From a virus (Duplodnaviria > Caudoviricetes), in IMG/VR virus record IMGVR_UViG_2529293276_000003, positions 4,067-68,066 of that record: a DNA stretch of 64,000 nucleotides. One strand, written 5' to 3'. The notes under the pieces are model-generated. The model was not told the origin of the DNA, ran no database searches, and saw only the letters and a program-made list of their open reading frames with translations. The position numbers and the translations under genes were made by a program. Below are positions 42,665 through 53,011 of this stretch, in pieces (the first letter of the stretch is position 1; each line of letters opens with the position of its first letter).

Positions 42665-45164
42665 TTGTGATTTTCATGAAAAACCTGATGTTGTGATATT
42701 AATTAAAGGCAGTTATTTTGATGAAACCAAACTAAACAGATACTATGTACAGCCCCTAAGTAAATTAGGGGTTAATCAATTAATGGCAATAGAGCTGGTT
42801 TACCCTGAAAAAGGTAAATTATCTGTTGCCATTGCTCGTAAGAATATCTTAAAGCTACTACCTGCATTAGCCAATCATGGGATTAAATACTTATATGTTG
42901 CAGATGCAACCTACTTTAAAGCACTGACAGGACAAAATAAAGCAGATACACATTTAGGCTATGTATTACCTTGTAAACTCAAAGATTATGAGCACATGCA
43001 AGTTATCTTTGGTATCAATTATGGACAGCTACTTTATACCCTAAATGCAAGTACTAAACTGGATTTGACATTGCAAACATTAGCAGAGCATTACCAAGGT
43101 AATTATGTTACTCGTGGAGATATCATTAAAACTGCTTTATACCCTACTAATGATGAGATTGATGATGTACTAATCAGATTAAAACAGTACCCTGCACTAG
43201 CATGTGATATTGAAACAACTGGTTTAGAGCTTGGTAGTGAATTATATTCTATTGCTTTTGCATGGAGTCAACATGAAGGTTGTGCTTTTAAAGTAACAGA
43301 CAAAGTACAACTAAAAAGATTCTTTGAATCTTATAGCGGAGTACTTATTTTTCATAATGCAACTTTTGATATTAAGCATATTATCTATCACTGTTTTATG
43401 GATAATCCTAGGGACTTTAAGGGCATGATACATGGGTTACATACCATGTGCCGTAATATTGAAGATACCAAGATTATCGCTTATTTAGCGACTAATAACA
43501 CTCAAGGTAATATCCTTGGTTTAAAAGAGCTAAGCCATGAGTTTGTTGGTAATTACGCCATTGATGTAAAACATGTATTAAACCACCCATTAGCAACTGT
43601 CTTAGAGTATAACTTAAAAGATACCTTAGGAACTTATTGGGTATTTAATAAATATAAGCCTAAAATGCTTAGCGACAATCAAGACAGTATTTACAAAACT
43701 ATTATGCTACCTAGCATTAAGACCATCATTCAGATTGAGTTACATGGTATGCCAATGAATATGGATAAAGTTGTTGTAGTAAAAAAACAACTACAAAACC
43801 AAGCCAATGATGCTTTAGAGCAAATCTATGCTTCTGAGCATGTCAAGGCAGTTACTCATGAACTTCAAACCAAAGAGCTTGAGAAGATTAATAGTAAACT
43901 TAAAACCAAACAACATACCCTTGATAAAGTCAAAGACTTACAGTTTAAACCAAACAGTATAGCTCACCTTGCTATCTTATTATATGATTATCTTGGTTTA
44001 CCTATACTGGATTACACACCCAATAAACAACCTGCTGTTGGTGCTGGTACGATTGAGAAGCTCATTCAACATACCCAAGATGATACCATCATAAGTCTAC
44101 TGACTGCTTTACTTGAATATGCAAAAGTTCAAAAGATTTTATCTACTTTTATTCCTGCATTTGAAAAAGCACAACAAAAAGATGATTGGCATTATCTGCA
44201 TGGTTCTTTTAACCTTGGTGGTACTTTATCCAATCGTCTAAGTAGCAGTAATCCAAACTTACAACAACTGCCCAGTGGCAGTACTTTTGGTAAAACCATC
44301 AAACAATGCTTTCAAGCACCTGATGATTGGTTATTTGTTGGTGCAGATTTTAATGCATTAGAAGATAGAATTAATACCCTACTCACCAAGGACCCAAACA
44401 AGCAAAAAATTTGGATTGATGGCTATGATGCCCATTGCTTTCGTGCTTATTATTACTTTGTCAATCAGATGCCTGATATTATTAATACCAAAGAAAGTAT
44501 TAATTCTATTAAGCATAAGTATCCAGAACTGCGTCAAGAAAGTAAAGCACCCAGCTTTGCATTACAGTATGGGGGACAGTATTTTACTTTAATGAAAAAC
44601 TGTGGATTTTCTGAAAGTAAAGCCAAAGAGATTGAAACCAATTATCATAAGATGTATGAAGTCTCTAATGCTTGGACACAAAGAAAGTTAGAGCAATGTG
44701 CAAAACAAGGCTATATTGATGTTGCCTTTGGTTTACGCATCAGAACACCAGTAGTAGGTAAAACAGTACTGAATACTTCTAAGACCCCTTATTTGGCTTC
44801 AGCAGAAGCTCGTAGCGTGGGAAATGCAATTAGTGGGCAAAGCTATTGCCAACTGACAAATAGAGCGATTAATGAGTTTATGGAGCGTGTATGGGCTTCT
44901 GAATATCAGTATGACATTATGCCTGTTTGTTTAATCCATGATGCTATCTATTTAGTGATTAAAAATGATGTAGAAATCGTTAAATGGGTAAATGATAACT
45001 TGATTAACTGTATGCAGTGGCAAGAATTACCTGAAATCAGACACGATCAAATTAAATTAGAAGCAGAATTAGGTATTTTTTATCCTGATTGGTCTAATGA
45101 GATTACACTCAATAATCACAGCTCAACCAGTGATATTATCACTACATGTTCTAATAAGGATTAA
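42657..45164 (+). CDS. Family A DNA polymerase (N4 gp39-like)
   Basis: Exonuclease motifs DIET and FHNATFD; polymerase motifs GADFNALE, RQESKAPSFALQYG and IHDA. Confidence 0.96.
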   Translation: MLSCDFHEKPDVVILIKGSYFDETKLNRYYVQPLSKLGVNQLMAIELVYPEKGKLSVAIARKNILKLLPALANHGIKYLYVADATYFKALTGQNKADTHLGYVLPCKLKDYEHMQVIFGINYGQLLYTLNASTKLDLTLQTLAEHYQGNYVTRGDIIKTALYPTNDEIDDVLIRLKQYPALACDIETTGLELGSELYSIAFAWSQHEGCAFKVTDKVQLKRFFESYSGVLIFHNATFDIKHIIYHCFMDNPRDFKGMIHGLHTMCRNIEDTKIIAYLATNNTQGNILGLKELSHEFVGNYAIDVKHVLNHPLATVLEYNLKDTLGTYWVFNKYKPKMLSDNQDSIYKTIMLPSIKTIIQIELHGMPMNMDKVVVVKKQLQNQANDALEQIYASEHVKAVTHELQTKELEKINSKLKTKQHTLDKVKDLQFKPNSIAHLAILLYDYLGLPILDYTPNKQPAVGAGTIEKLIQHTQDDTIISLLTALLEYAKVQKILSTFIPAFEKAQQKDDWHYLHGSFNLGGTLSNRLSSSNPNLQQLPSGSTFGKTIKQCFQAPDDWLFVGADFNALEDRINTLLTKDPNKQKIWIDGYDAHCFRAYYYFVNQMPDIINTKESINSIKHKYPELRQESKAPSFALQYGGQYFTLMKNCGFSESKAKEIETNYHKMYEVSNAWTQRKLEQCAKQGYIDVAFGLRIRTPVVGKTVLNTSKTPYLASAEARSVGNAISGQSYCQLTNRAINEFMERVWASEYQYDIMPVCLIHDAIYLVIKNDVEIVKWVNDNLINCMQWQELPEIRHDQIKLEAELGIFYPDWSNEITLNNHSSTSDIITTCSNKD

Positions 45165-45166
45165 TA

Positions 45167-45772
45167 ATGATTCATGATAAACCCGTACTATGTACAACCA
45201 AAGAAGCCCTGTTGGAATTAAGTATTCCAACTGAAGGTTCTCATATCATACCTATACCATTAGAAAAAGTACAGAACTTGCCCTTGCATTTTATAAGCCA
45301 AGACATTGTAGATGTGGATATTATTGTAGGAGAGCATTACCCCCAAATCATTCCTTATGTTGTATTAACGACAATTAATGAGTTTTTAACTTACTATAAA
45401 TCAGACAATGTAGGTGAACAAAACCGCTCTATTGGTTTTGGTGTGCATATTACTTATGATGACCAAAAAGGCACTCTAACACAAACACTGATTCAAGCTG
45501 TTGTTAAAGATTTAAAACAAAAATTAAATTATGATACTACTGATGATTTAAACTTCCCTGAAGAAGTGTTTGTACTGGTTAAAAATGACCATCAAACCAG
45601 TAGATTACATATAGGTATTTTACTGGCTTTAGAAGTAAAATTAGATGAAGTCTTTTTAGATGAGTCTATTGCTGGTATTAAATGGCAAACATTAGATAGA
45701 TTGGTTTTGAATATAGATGAATACCAACCTTGGTCTCAACTTATTATAAAAACTTTTATAGATTCTGATTAA
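45167..45772 (+). CDS. Nudix-fold protein with a degenerate Nudix box
   Basis: QIIPYVV, SIGFGVHI and LHIGIL resemble a Nudix subfamily. The expected REL.EE is replaced by KDLKQK. Confidence 0.55.
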   Translation: MIHDKPVLCTTKEALLELSIPTEGSHIIPIPLEKVQNLPLHFISQDIVDVDIIVGEHYPQIIPYVVLTTINEFLTYYKSDNVGEQNRSIGFGVHITYDDQKGTLTQTLIQAVVKDLKQKLNYDTTDDLNFPEEVFVLVKNDHQTSRLHIGILLALEVKLDEVFLDESIAGIKWQTLDRLVLNIDEYQPWSQLIIKTFIDSD

Positions 45773-45841
45773 TTATCTAACCAATAACTACTACATATAG
45801 TGTAAAATATACAATCATCACACTATATGTAGTAGGTTTAA

Positions 45842-46087
45842 ATGTATCACCGTAAACTTGAAAAGTATAAAGAATACGAAGGTATGAAAAATGCCGTTGT
45901 AGGTAAAGGAGAGCTTATTTATGTCAGCACGCCACTTGGTGATGCTTATAGAGCACCTTGTGGTGCTTTGATTTATGACAGAGATGAAGCTCTTGAATAC
46001 GCCCATAAACTAGATATTCTTATCAGAAAAAATACCGTATTATTTACCCAAAGAAAACTTAAAGGAAAAGCTTATGAACACAAATAA
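45842..46087 (+). CDS. Hypothetical protein
   Basis: 81-aa ORF in the middle-gene cluster. Confidence 0.65.
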   Translation: MYHRKLEKYKEYEGMKNAVVGKGELIYVSTPLGDAYRAPCGALIYDRDEALEYAHKLDILIRKNTVLFTQRKLKGKAYEHK

Positions 46088-46529
46088 CCCAATTACAGCT
46101 ATTATTGATTGGTTTAAAAAAGCCAAACCACAGCCTAGTATCAAGAATATTTTTACGCAATTAGGTTGTCATTTTGAAGAGATTTCAGAGATGTTAGATA
46201 CTATTCCTGAGTGTGAAGTAATGGCAAGTGAAATGAATGACGCTGCTATTGATCTAAAGACATTAGATATTGATGTCTATGGTGAACAAATGGAAAATAC
46301 TATCTCAGCCATTGATAAAGTAGAATTGTTAGATAGTTTATGCGACCAAATCGTAACAGCATTAGGCGTAGGTTATGATTTAGGTTTTGATATGGAAGGT
46401 GCGTTATGGGAAGTCATCAAATCTAATTACTCTAAATTTGATGATGATGGTAATCCTATTTTTGATGAAAATATGAAAATCAGCAAAAGCAATAACTACT
46501 TTAAACCAAACTTAGAAAAGTATATTTAA
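46074..46529 (+). CDS. MazG-like all-alpha NTP pyrophosphohydrolase
   Basis: FEEISE, ELLDSLCDQIV, EVIKSNYSK and YFKPNL. Confidence 0.85.
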   Translation: MNTNNPITAIIDWFKKAKPQPSIKNIFTQLGCHFEEISEMLDTIPECEVMASEMNDAAIDLKTLDIDVYGEQMENTISAIDKVELLDSLCDQIVTALGVGYDLGFDMEGALWEVIKSNYSKFDDDGNPIFDENMKISKSNNYFKPNLEKYI

Positions 46530-46540
46530 TCAATCCAGCT

Positions 46541-46577
46541 AATAAAATAGCCTTAGATACTCTAAGGCTATTTTATT
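46541..46577. terminator. Bidirectional terminator
   Basis: 17-bp perfect inverted repeat AATAAAATAGCCTTAGA-TAC-TCTAAGGCTATTTTATT between convergent genes. Confidence 0.8.
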
Positions 46578-46588
46578 TATTTGTCTAT

Positions 46589-47173
46589 TTATTTATGCTT
46601 GTTAAACGCTTTTCGTAGTTTTATATGGTACTGGTTTTTAGCAAATCCTGCACCATTATACCCTTTAGCAAAAACACTCCATTGACACTGTTTTAACGGG
46701 ATAATGAGCTTATTGGTTTTAATAAAGCGAAGCATTGCATCTATCTGTGATGCTTCATCTTTATACATTGCATTAACAAATGCTTGTAGTGATGGATAGC
46801 CTAAAGATTTCCAATGAAAACCCATCACTTGACCCATACCCCATGAACAAGACTCTAATGCTGTATCACGCTCATATTTACTTGCCTGCTCTAATCTACC
46901 ATGTTGTGATGATGATAAACCATATCTATAAGTACCCCATTTTGGATAGCATAATTGGGGTTTTTCTTTAGTAAGTTTATCTCTTAGTGTGATTTTTCTT
47001 TTTTGAGTAAGTAGCCTATACATAATATGTGGTTCATACAGTATCTTAGGCAATCCATTTAAAAACCCACGACCACTTGATTCAACTTCTATCACAGCTT
47101 TGAGGCAAGCAACATCAATATCATACTGCTTAGCAAGTGCTTTAATTTGTTCCTCTGTAATTAATTTAGACAC
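46589..47173 (-). CDS. Endolysin, N-acetylmuramidase (DUF3380/Muraidase family)
   Basis: AVIEVESSG, ILYEPH, SWGMGQVMGFH and FAKGYNG. Confidence 0.92.
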   Translation of the reverse strand: MSKLITEEQIKALAKQYDIDVACLKAVIEVESSGRGFLNGLPKILYEPHIMYRLLTQKRKITLRDKLTKEKPQLCYPKWGTYRYGLSSSQHGRLEQASKYERDTALESCSWGMGQVMGFHWKSLGYPSLQAFVNAMYKDEASQIDAMLRFIKTNKLIIPLKQCQWSVFAKGYNGAGFAKNQYHIKLRKAFNKHK

Positions 47174-47181
47174 AGTTATCC

Positions 47182-47550
47182 TTATTTAAAAATAGCTTTA
47201 AAAGTTTCTTTAATTTCAGTAACGATTTGGGGTAATGTTTTATTGGTTGTAGATAGTAAGACGGCTTGATAAATAATACCAACCACAGTCATACCAAACA
47301 GTGAAGCCAACATCATAATAAATCCTTGAGAAATGGGACTTAAATGTAGCCAACCATAAAACTCAATCAACCAACTACCCGCAAAAAACCCAAATACAGC
47401 ACTGAATGTAAACTTAATCAGCACAATTAAACTTAAATGTAGCCTACCTTCTTTATCAATTTCCTCTGTCAAGGACATAGCAAAGACTGCAGCAACCACA
47501 ACAGCAAATACTTTTACAAGAAAAGATATGTCTGTTAAAGAATTTGGCAT
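47182..47550 (-). CDS. Probable holin (about 3 TM)
   Basis: Three hydrophobic segments and a basic C-terminus, directly upstream of the endolysin. GGAG RBS before ATG 47550. Confidence 0.7.
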   Translation of the reverse strand: MPNSLTDISFLVKVFAVVVAAVFAMSLTEEIDKEGRLHLSLIVLIKFTFSAVFGFFAGSWLIEFYGWLHLSPISQGFIMMLASLFGMTVVGIIYQAVLLSTTNKTLPQIVTEIKETFKAIFK

Positions 47551-47680
47551 AGCAACTCCTATCCTTGATACACAAAACATGTCTATTGTACTTGCTTTAA
47601 ACCAAAGAAAACTAATTAGATTATCTATCTAAAACCGCTCTTTGATATTCTGTTTAACTTAAACCCACTAAGGAGATTTT

Positions 47681-48376
47681 ATGACTTTATCCACCGCTAA
47701 AGTAATTGCACATACCTGCCCTACAAAAGATATACCAGCAAAAACTGCCAATGAGTTTATTGCTTATGTTGCTCGTGTATCTAACCCATCAAACCAAGAT
47801 AATACAGAGACTTCTGATAAGCTTATTAACTACTTACTAAATCATAAACACTTTAGTCCTTTTGAGCATTACTATGTAACTTTAGAGATTGAAACACCCA
47901 AAGACATTTCAATTCAGTTACTTAGACACAGAAGTTTTGTTTTTCAGGAGTTTAGTGGCAGATACCAAGATATTAACGCCATGGATAATCCATTCATTAT
48001 CCGTGAAACAAGATTACAAGATAGTAAGAATAGACAGAACTCATTAGAGAATACGGATAAAACTTTAGATTTTGCTTGGAAGTTTGCCCAAAGCGAATTA
48101 CTAAGACAAGCACAAGAACTCTATAAAAATGCACTACAACAAGGCATTGCTAAAGAAGTTGCAAGAAGTGTTTTACCTATTGGCTTAACGAAATCTCGTT
48201 TATACATCACAGGTAATGTCCGTTCATTTATTCACTATCTAACAGTACGATTAGACCCAACAACTCAAAAAGAGCATAGACAGCTTGCCATAGCTATTTA
48301 TGATGCTTTATTGCCTTACTTTAACTTAGATGCAATTGAGGAGCTTAAAGGTGCCAAAGAAGCTCAACAAGCGTAA
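47681..48376 (+). CDS. thyX: FAD-dependent thymidylate synthase
   Basis: HFSPFEH, ThyX motif RHRS...EFSGRY, KEVARSVLP and HQ-like EHRQLA. Confidence 0.95.
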   Translation: MTLSTAKVIAHTCPTKDIPAKTANEFIAYVARVSNPSNQDNTETSDKLINYLLNHKHFSPFEHYYVTLEIETPKDISIQLLRHRSFVFQEFSGRYQDINAMDNPFIIRETRLQDSKNRQNSLENTDKTLDFAWKFAQSELLRQAQELYKNALQQGIAKEVARSVLPIGLTKSRLYITGNVRSFIHYLTVRLDPTTQKEHRQLAIAIYDALLPYFNLDAIEELKGAKEAQQA

Positions 48377-48698
48377 GAGTACAAGACAAAAAGTATTTAA
48401 AGGTTATTTAAAAATACCCATAGATACAGATTGTACTACTGAAGAATTAAATGCTAAATCAGTTAGAACAGGAGACTGGATTTACCATAGTCCTAAGATT
48501 TTAAAAAAAGGTATTAAAAGACATTGGTACATTAACTTATATCTTTATAATGTGGTTGGAGAATTTACCTTAATTCAATATAAAACTGCTAAAGTAGATA
48601 AGACCCATTTTAATGCTGTCATAGACGAAGCATTAAATGAAGCCAGTGAACATCCTTTACTTGATTACAGTAAATCTTATATGACAGTGAGTTGTTAA
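48351..48698 (+). CDS. Hypothetical protein
   Basis: GAGGAG RBS before GTG 48351 (the track start is 48330). Confidence 0.55.
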   Translation: MPKKLNKRKSTRQKVFKGYLKIPIDTDCTTEELNAKSVRTGDWIYHSPKILKKGIKRHWYINLYLYNVVGEFTLIQYKTAKVDKTHFNAVIDEALNEASEHPLLDYSKSYMTVSC

Positions 48699-48946
48699 TG
48701 AAATACCAAATTAAACCCCTTAATTGGGTAGATGAATCCAGTATTGGCATGACCCATACTTATCATTATAGACCTGAGCATGACAGGTATAGACTAACGA
48801 TTGTGAATAGGATTAAACCAAATGCTCGTAATATCTTAATGGATTTTGATAGTATTGATGAGATTATAGAATTTGCTAATAAACATTATGTATTAAATAG
48901 TCATTATTTTTTGGAAAAAGTAAATGAACCCACAACAACAGCGTAA
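48692..48946 (+). CDS. Hypothetical protein
   Basis: Overlapping gene chain. Starts MKYQIKPLNW. Confidence 0.65.
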   Translation: MLMKYQIKPLNWVDESSIGMTHTYHYRPEHDRYRLTIVNRIKPNARNILMDFDSIDEIIEFANKHYVLNSHYFLEKVNEPTTTA

Positions 48947-49139
48947 GCAACTAAGGCAATTATTTGAGACTAATACAGAAGGTTATATTTTCTTAAGCCA
49001 ACTAAAGAAAATCAGTCCATCTGACCTTATGATTAGGGACATTGCTCATTATTATGACTATGTACCTGTCTATAGAAACAAGACATCAACTAAGATTATT
49101 GCATACAAACACCGTACACTGTCTGACGATATTTTTTAA
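48924..49139 (+). CDS. Hypothetical protein
   Basis: 71 aa in an overlapping chain. Confidence 0.6.
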   Translation: MNPQQQRKQLRQLFETNTEGYIFLSQLKKISPSDLMIRDIAHYYDYVPVYRNKTSTKIIAYKHRTLSDDIF

Positions 49140-49153
49140 ATTGGAGATAACAT

Positions 49154-49474
49154 ATGACCCTAGAACAAACCCTTGAACAAAGGAAAAATACCCACGGTAA
49201 TTTTAAAGAGAACAGTGCAATCAGTATGGGTTTAAAATCTATGTTCAGAGATCATGGTAATTTCTACTTTATGCCTAGATACCAGCAAGAAGCTTTAGAT
49301 ATGATTGCTCATAAAATCTCTCGCTTAATTGCTGGAGACTCTTATTTTATAGACACTTGGCGAGATATTGCAGGTTATGCTCAGTTAGTTGTTAATGAGT
49401 TATCTGATGACCCAAAAGCCACAGATGTCGTTCAGCAATACACCAAAGCAGATCAGCTAAAATTACCTTTGTAA
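49154..49474 (+). CDS. DUF6378-like phage protein
   Basis: LEQRKNTHGNF...LDMIAHKISR...DTWRDIAGYAQL. Confidence 0.85.
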   Translation: MTLEQTLEQRKNTHGNFKENSAISMGLKSMFRDHGNFYFMPRYQQEALDMIAHKISRLIAGDSYFIDTWRDIAGYAQLVVNELSDDPKATDVVQQYTKADQLKLPL

Positions 49475-49521
49475 TCCTTAATTGAATTATGATGGAGTCT
49501 CCTAATTATGGAGACTTTTTT

Positions 49522-52443
49522 ATGATTTATGTCAAAGACAACTATACGCTAGAAAATGAGCAGACAGTGATTTTACTAGAAGCTTATCCTGAAACTTTAT
49601 TTACCAACAGTAGTGATGAAGAGGCGGTACTTGAGTATTCTCATGACGGTACAAAATGGAATACTCTATTAACTTTAGCTCCTAAACAAAAACAAACTAC
49701 TGCTGTTACTTCTCGCTATATCCGTCAAACCACTCAAACAACTGTAGAAGCCAAAGCTGTAGGTAATCACATTACCCCCCTGGTTTTAGCAGGTAATCCC
49801 TTACATTCAGGGGCAGATTTTAGTAATTATATTACTAAACCTCAGTTAGACAGTGTGATTGCTAAAGTAAACGATAAAACTGCTTTATTAGCAACACAAG
49901 AACAACTACAAACCGCCACCCAAACCCAAACAAGAGCATTAACAGCAGAAACACAGCAAAGACACTCACAGATTGATACCATCAATCAAACCATCACAAG
50001 AAACAAGCAAGCACAAGATGAACTAATCAATCAAAAAGCCAATCAAACAGCACTGGCTGCTTTAGAAGCCAAAGTTACAGCAAATACAGCCAAAAACCAA
50101 AGCCAAGATACAGAGATTGCCAAGAAAGCCAATCAAGCATCATTGACAGCAGAGACAACAGCTCGCAATCAAGCCATTGAAGCAGTAAAAGGAACAATCG
50201 CAAACAATAAACAAACACAAGATGGTATTATTAATCAGCTAAGAGCTGATATGGCTACCAAAGCCAATCAATCTGCTTTAGACACAGAAACCGCTAACCG
50301 TACTTCTGACATTGCTGGTTTAACCCAAACAGTAAACACACACAAACAGCAATTAGATGGACAAATCCGTGCATTAGAGCAAAACAAAGTAGATAAAAAC
50401 ACACTCAATCAACAGCTTAATGCTAAAGCCAATCAATCAGACATAGATAGAATTAACACAACTATTGACCAAAAAGCCTTAAAGCTAAATCAAGTTACCG
50501 CAGGTAATGGTCTAACTGGTGGGGGTACACTGGCTAACTCTTTTCAGATTGTTCTAGGTACACCCAGTACCATCACCCAAAACAGTACTAATACAACCAC
50601 AGCAACCAGCCACAGTCATGCAATTGATAGAGCAACAACAACCCAAGCAGGTATTGTAACCTTATCTCATGAAACCAGCGGTACAAATAAAACAAAAGCA
50701 GCGTCTGAATTTGCTTTGGGGGAAGTCAGACGCTTAATGAATAACTTAAGCAATCCAACCAGAGACCAAACACCTAATTTATCTTTATTGACATGGTCAA
50801 GTATCACTGATAAGCCACAAAGCTTTACACCGTCATCCCATGTGCATCAAGCAAGTGACATCGCTGATCTGCACACAATATTGTCAAAATATGCTACTAA
50901 AGACGAAATCCCGCAAATCAATACTGACGGATTGACGATTGATACATCAAACTTAGCAACAAAAACCAGTGTTGAAACACTTGCAAATAAAGTAACTGAA
51001 GCTTCAGAAGCGTTAAAATCTGAAACTAAGTTACGAGCTAATTCTATTGCAGCTATTGACAGTAAAATCGATGATGAAATTGCGTCATTAAAACGCACGA
51101 AAGCTGATCTATCGCACACACATACAATGAGCGAAGTTACTGATCTAAGTGCTGAATTAGAGCGTTATGCGTTAAAAACAGAGCTAAACAATATCAGTGT
51201 TGATACTTCACATTTAGCTACTAAATCAAGTGTTAATGAGCTGTCTGAACAAATCGCTACGAAAGCTGATCAATCACACAGACATGCGATTAGTGATATT
51301 GCTAATTTACAGCATAGATTAGATAGTAAAGCACCTAATACACATACTCACAGCTTTAGTGATATTACCAATAAGCCAACGACTTTGGCAGGCTACGGTA
51401 TTACAGATGCGATCAGTAGTGATACAACAGCATTTGTTACATCTGATGCTTTAAACCGAGCATTAACAACAAAAGCATCAATCAACCATCAACATACAAT
51501 TACCGAAGTCTCCGGGTTACAAGGTATTTTAAACAATAAGTTAAATTCAAATGCGTCTGCTCGTTCTGCTCAAAAACTGACAACGCCAAGACGGATTAAT
51601 GGCATTGCTTTTGATGGCACACAGGATATTACTCTGCCTACTGCCAATGTATCTTGGTCAGCTATCAGCAATAAACCAGCAAATTTTACACCGTCAGCAC
51701 ATAGACATGCGATTGGTGATATTACTAATTTACAGCGTGAATTAGATAATAAAGCATCAAGAAATCACAGCCACACTTGGAATAGTATTACTAATAAACC
51801 AGCAAATTTTACACCGTCAGCACATACACACCAATGGTCTAATATATCTAATGTACCCAGTGCAACAATAAATAATGCAGGTATTGTACAGCTATCTAAT
51901 AGTACAAACGGCGTAAGACAAACGATTGCAGCTACTGAATTTGCTCTAAACGAAGTGAGAAAGTTGATAAACTCAAGTTCTAGACGGGGCAGTATCACTG
52001 GTGTGTTAAACAGACAATCACACAGGTATTTTTACCAAAGAAGGCATGGCACAAGTTCTACTGATGCTGTTTACTCAGATATTGATACTTTTACATTCCC
52101 TGATGGAAGGATTGTATATTTAGTACGCTTAGAAGGCATTAAGCCTGCTTTTTTTGATGTGAATACCACATCTGTGGGTGGTTCTGATCACACACCCGCA
52201 AAAATCATTAATTTACCCACAGCAATGCCTAATAAAATTATTTCAGCAATTCCACAAATTACGAGTTCTAGCTTGGGTAATACACTAAGCAGTTGTATTG
52301 TGGGTTGGGATTGGACTTATAATATTGACCCTATCAGCGGTAATACACGAAGTAAGTCACAAGTAAGAATTCAGTTTAGTGGTTATCAGGGCAATACTAC
52401 TAATAACAAAATTGATCTTAGCATCATTGTAGAGGGGTACTAA
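49522..52443 (+). CDS. Tail fibre protein
   Basis: Start at ATG 49522 (GGAG RBS). Coiled-coil shaft, repeated HxH(T/A)IS(D/E)(I/V)xxL phage-tail repeats, two AT...AGIV(T/Q)LS fibre repeats and a beta-rich tip. Confidence 0.9.
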   Translation: MIYVKDNYTLENEQTVILLEAYPETLFTNSSDEEAVLEYSHDGTKWNTLLTLAPKQKQTTAVTSRYIRQTTQTTVEAKAVGNHITPLVLAGNPLHSGADFSNYITKPQLDSVIAKVNDKTALLATQEQLQTATQTQTRALTAETQQRHSQIDTINQTITRNKQAQDELINQKANQTALAALEAKVTANTAKNQSQDTEIAKKANQASLTAETTARNQAIEAVKGTIANNKQTQDGIINQLRADMATKANQSALDTETANRTSDIAGLTQTVNTHKQQLDGQIRALEQNKVDKNTLNQQLNAKANQSDIDRINTTIDQKALKLNQVTAGNGLTGGGTLANSFQIVLGTPSTITQNSTNTTTATSHSHAIDRATTTQAGIVTLSHETSGTNKTKAASEFALGEVRRLMNNLSNPTRDQTPNLSLLTWSSITDKPQSFTPSSHVHQASDIADLHTILSKYATKDEIPQINTDGLTIDTSNLATKTSVETLANKVTEASEALKSETKLRANSIAAIDSKIDDEIASLKRTKADLSHTHTMSEVTDLSAELERYALKTELNNISVDTSHLATKSSVNELSEQIATKADQSHRHAISDIANLQHRLDSKAPNTHTHSFSDITNKPTTLAGYGITDAISSDTTAFVTSDALNRALTTKASINHQHTITEVSGLQGILNNKLNSNASARSAQKLTTPRRINGIAFDGTQDITLPTANVSWSAISNKPANFTPSAHRHAIGDITNLQRELDNKASRNHSHTWNSITNKPANFTPSAHTHQWSNISNVPSATINNAGIVQLSNSTNGVRQTIAATEFALNEVRKLINSSSRRGSITGVLNRQSHRYFYQRRHGTSSTDAVYSDIDTFTFPDGRIVYLVRLEGIKPAFFDVNTTSVGGSDHTPAKIINLPTAMPNKIISAIPQITSSSLGNTLSSCIVGWDWTYNIDPISGNTRSKSQVRIQFSGYQGNTTNNKIDLSIIVEGY
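51670..51826 (+). repeat. 34-bp exact direct repeat inside the tail fibre gene
   Basis: AATAAACCAGCAAATTTTACACCGTCAGCACATA at 51670-51703 and 51793-51826. Confidence 0.9.
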
Positions 52444-52444
52444 T

Positions 52445-53011
52445 ATGCACTATATTAATTTGATTGACGATTCAGGCAGATTTGATTTTATTCATGGCGA
52501 TTTTTTAAGTATATATGCTGATACTTCTAGTTTTATTAAAATCACTGATGAAGACTATCAAACATACTTAGCATATAGCACATCACCGTATGAGCTTAAG
52601 TATGTTGAGGGTAAAATCACATACACACCGCAGGATACAGATCATATCGCTTTAAAGAAGGCACGGCAAGCTTGGGTTTGGGAAGACATCAAACAAAAAC
52701 GCCATACCAACACCCGTGGAGGCGTATATATCAAATCTGTGGGTAAATGGTTTCATAACGATGACAGCTCTCGCACGCAGTATCTCGCTCTGCAAGTCTT
52801 GCCAAAACTGCCTGATCACCTGATGTGGAAAACGATGGATAACGAATTTGTGCCAATGACCAAAGATTTGCTCAATGAGATCGCCATGACGATGCTAACA
52901 GAAGAACAAGCAGATTTCGCTAACGCTGAAAAACACAGACTAGCCATGCTTGAATCTGATAACCCACTTGAGTATGACTACTCAGACGGATGGAGTGCTA
53001 TTTATGCATAG
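52445..53011 (+). CDS. DUF4376 tail-fibre assembly-type protein
   Basis: WEDIKQKR..GGV..GKWFHNDDSSR.QY...WKTMDN.FV...DYSDGW. Confidence 0.85.
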   Translation: MHYINLIDDSGRFDFIHGDFLSIYADTSSFIKITDEDYQTYLAYSTSPYELKYVEGKITYTPQDTDHIALKKARQAWVWEDIKQKRHTNTRGGVYIKSVGKWFHNDDSSRTQYLALQVLPKLPDHLMWKTMDNEFVPMTKDLLNEIAMTMLTEEQADFANAEKHRLAMLESDNPLEYDYSDGWSAIYA

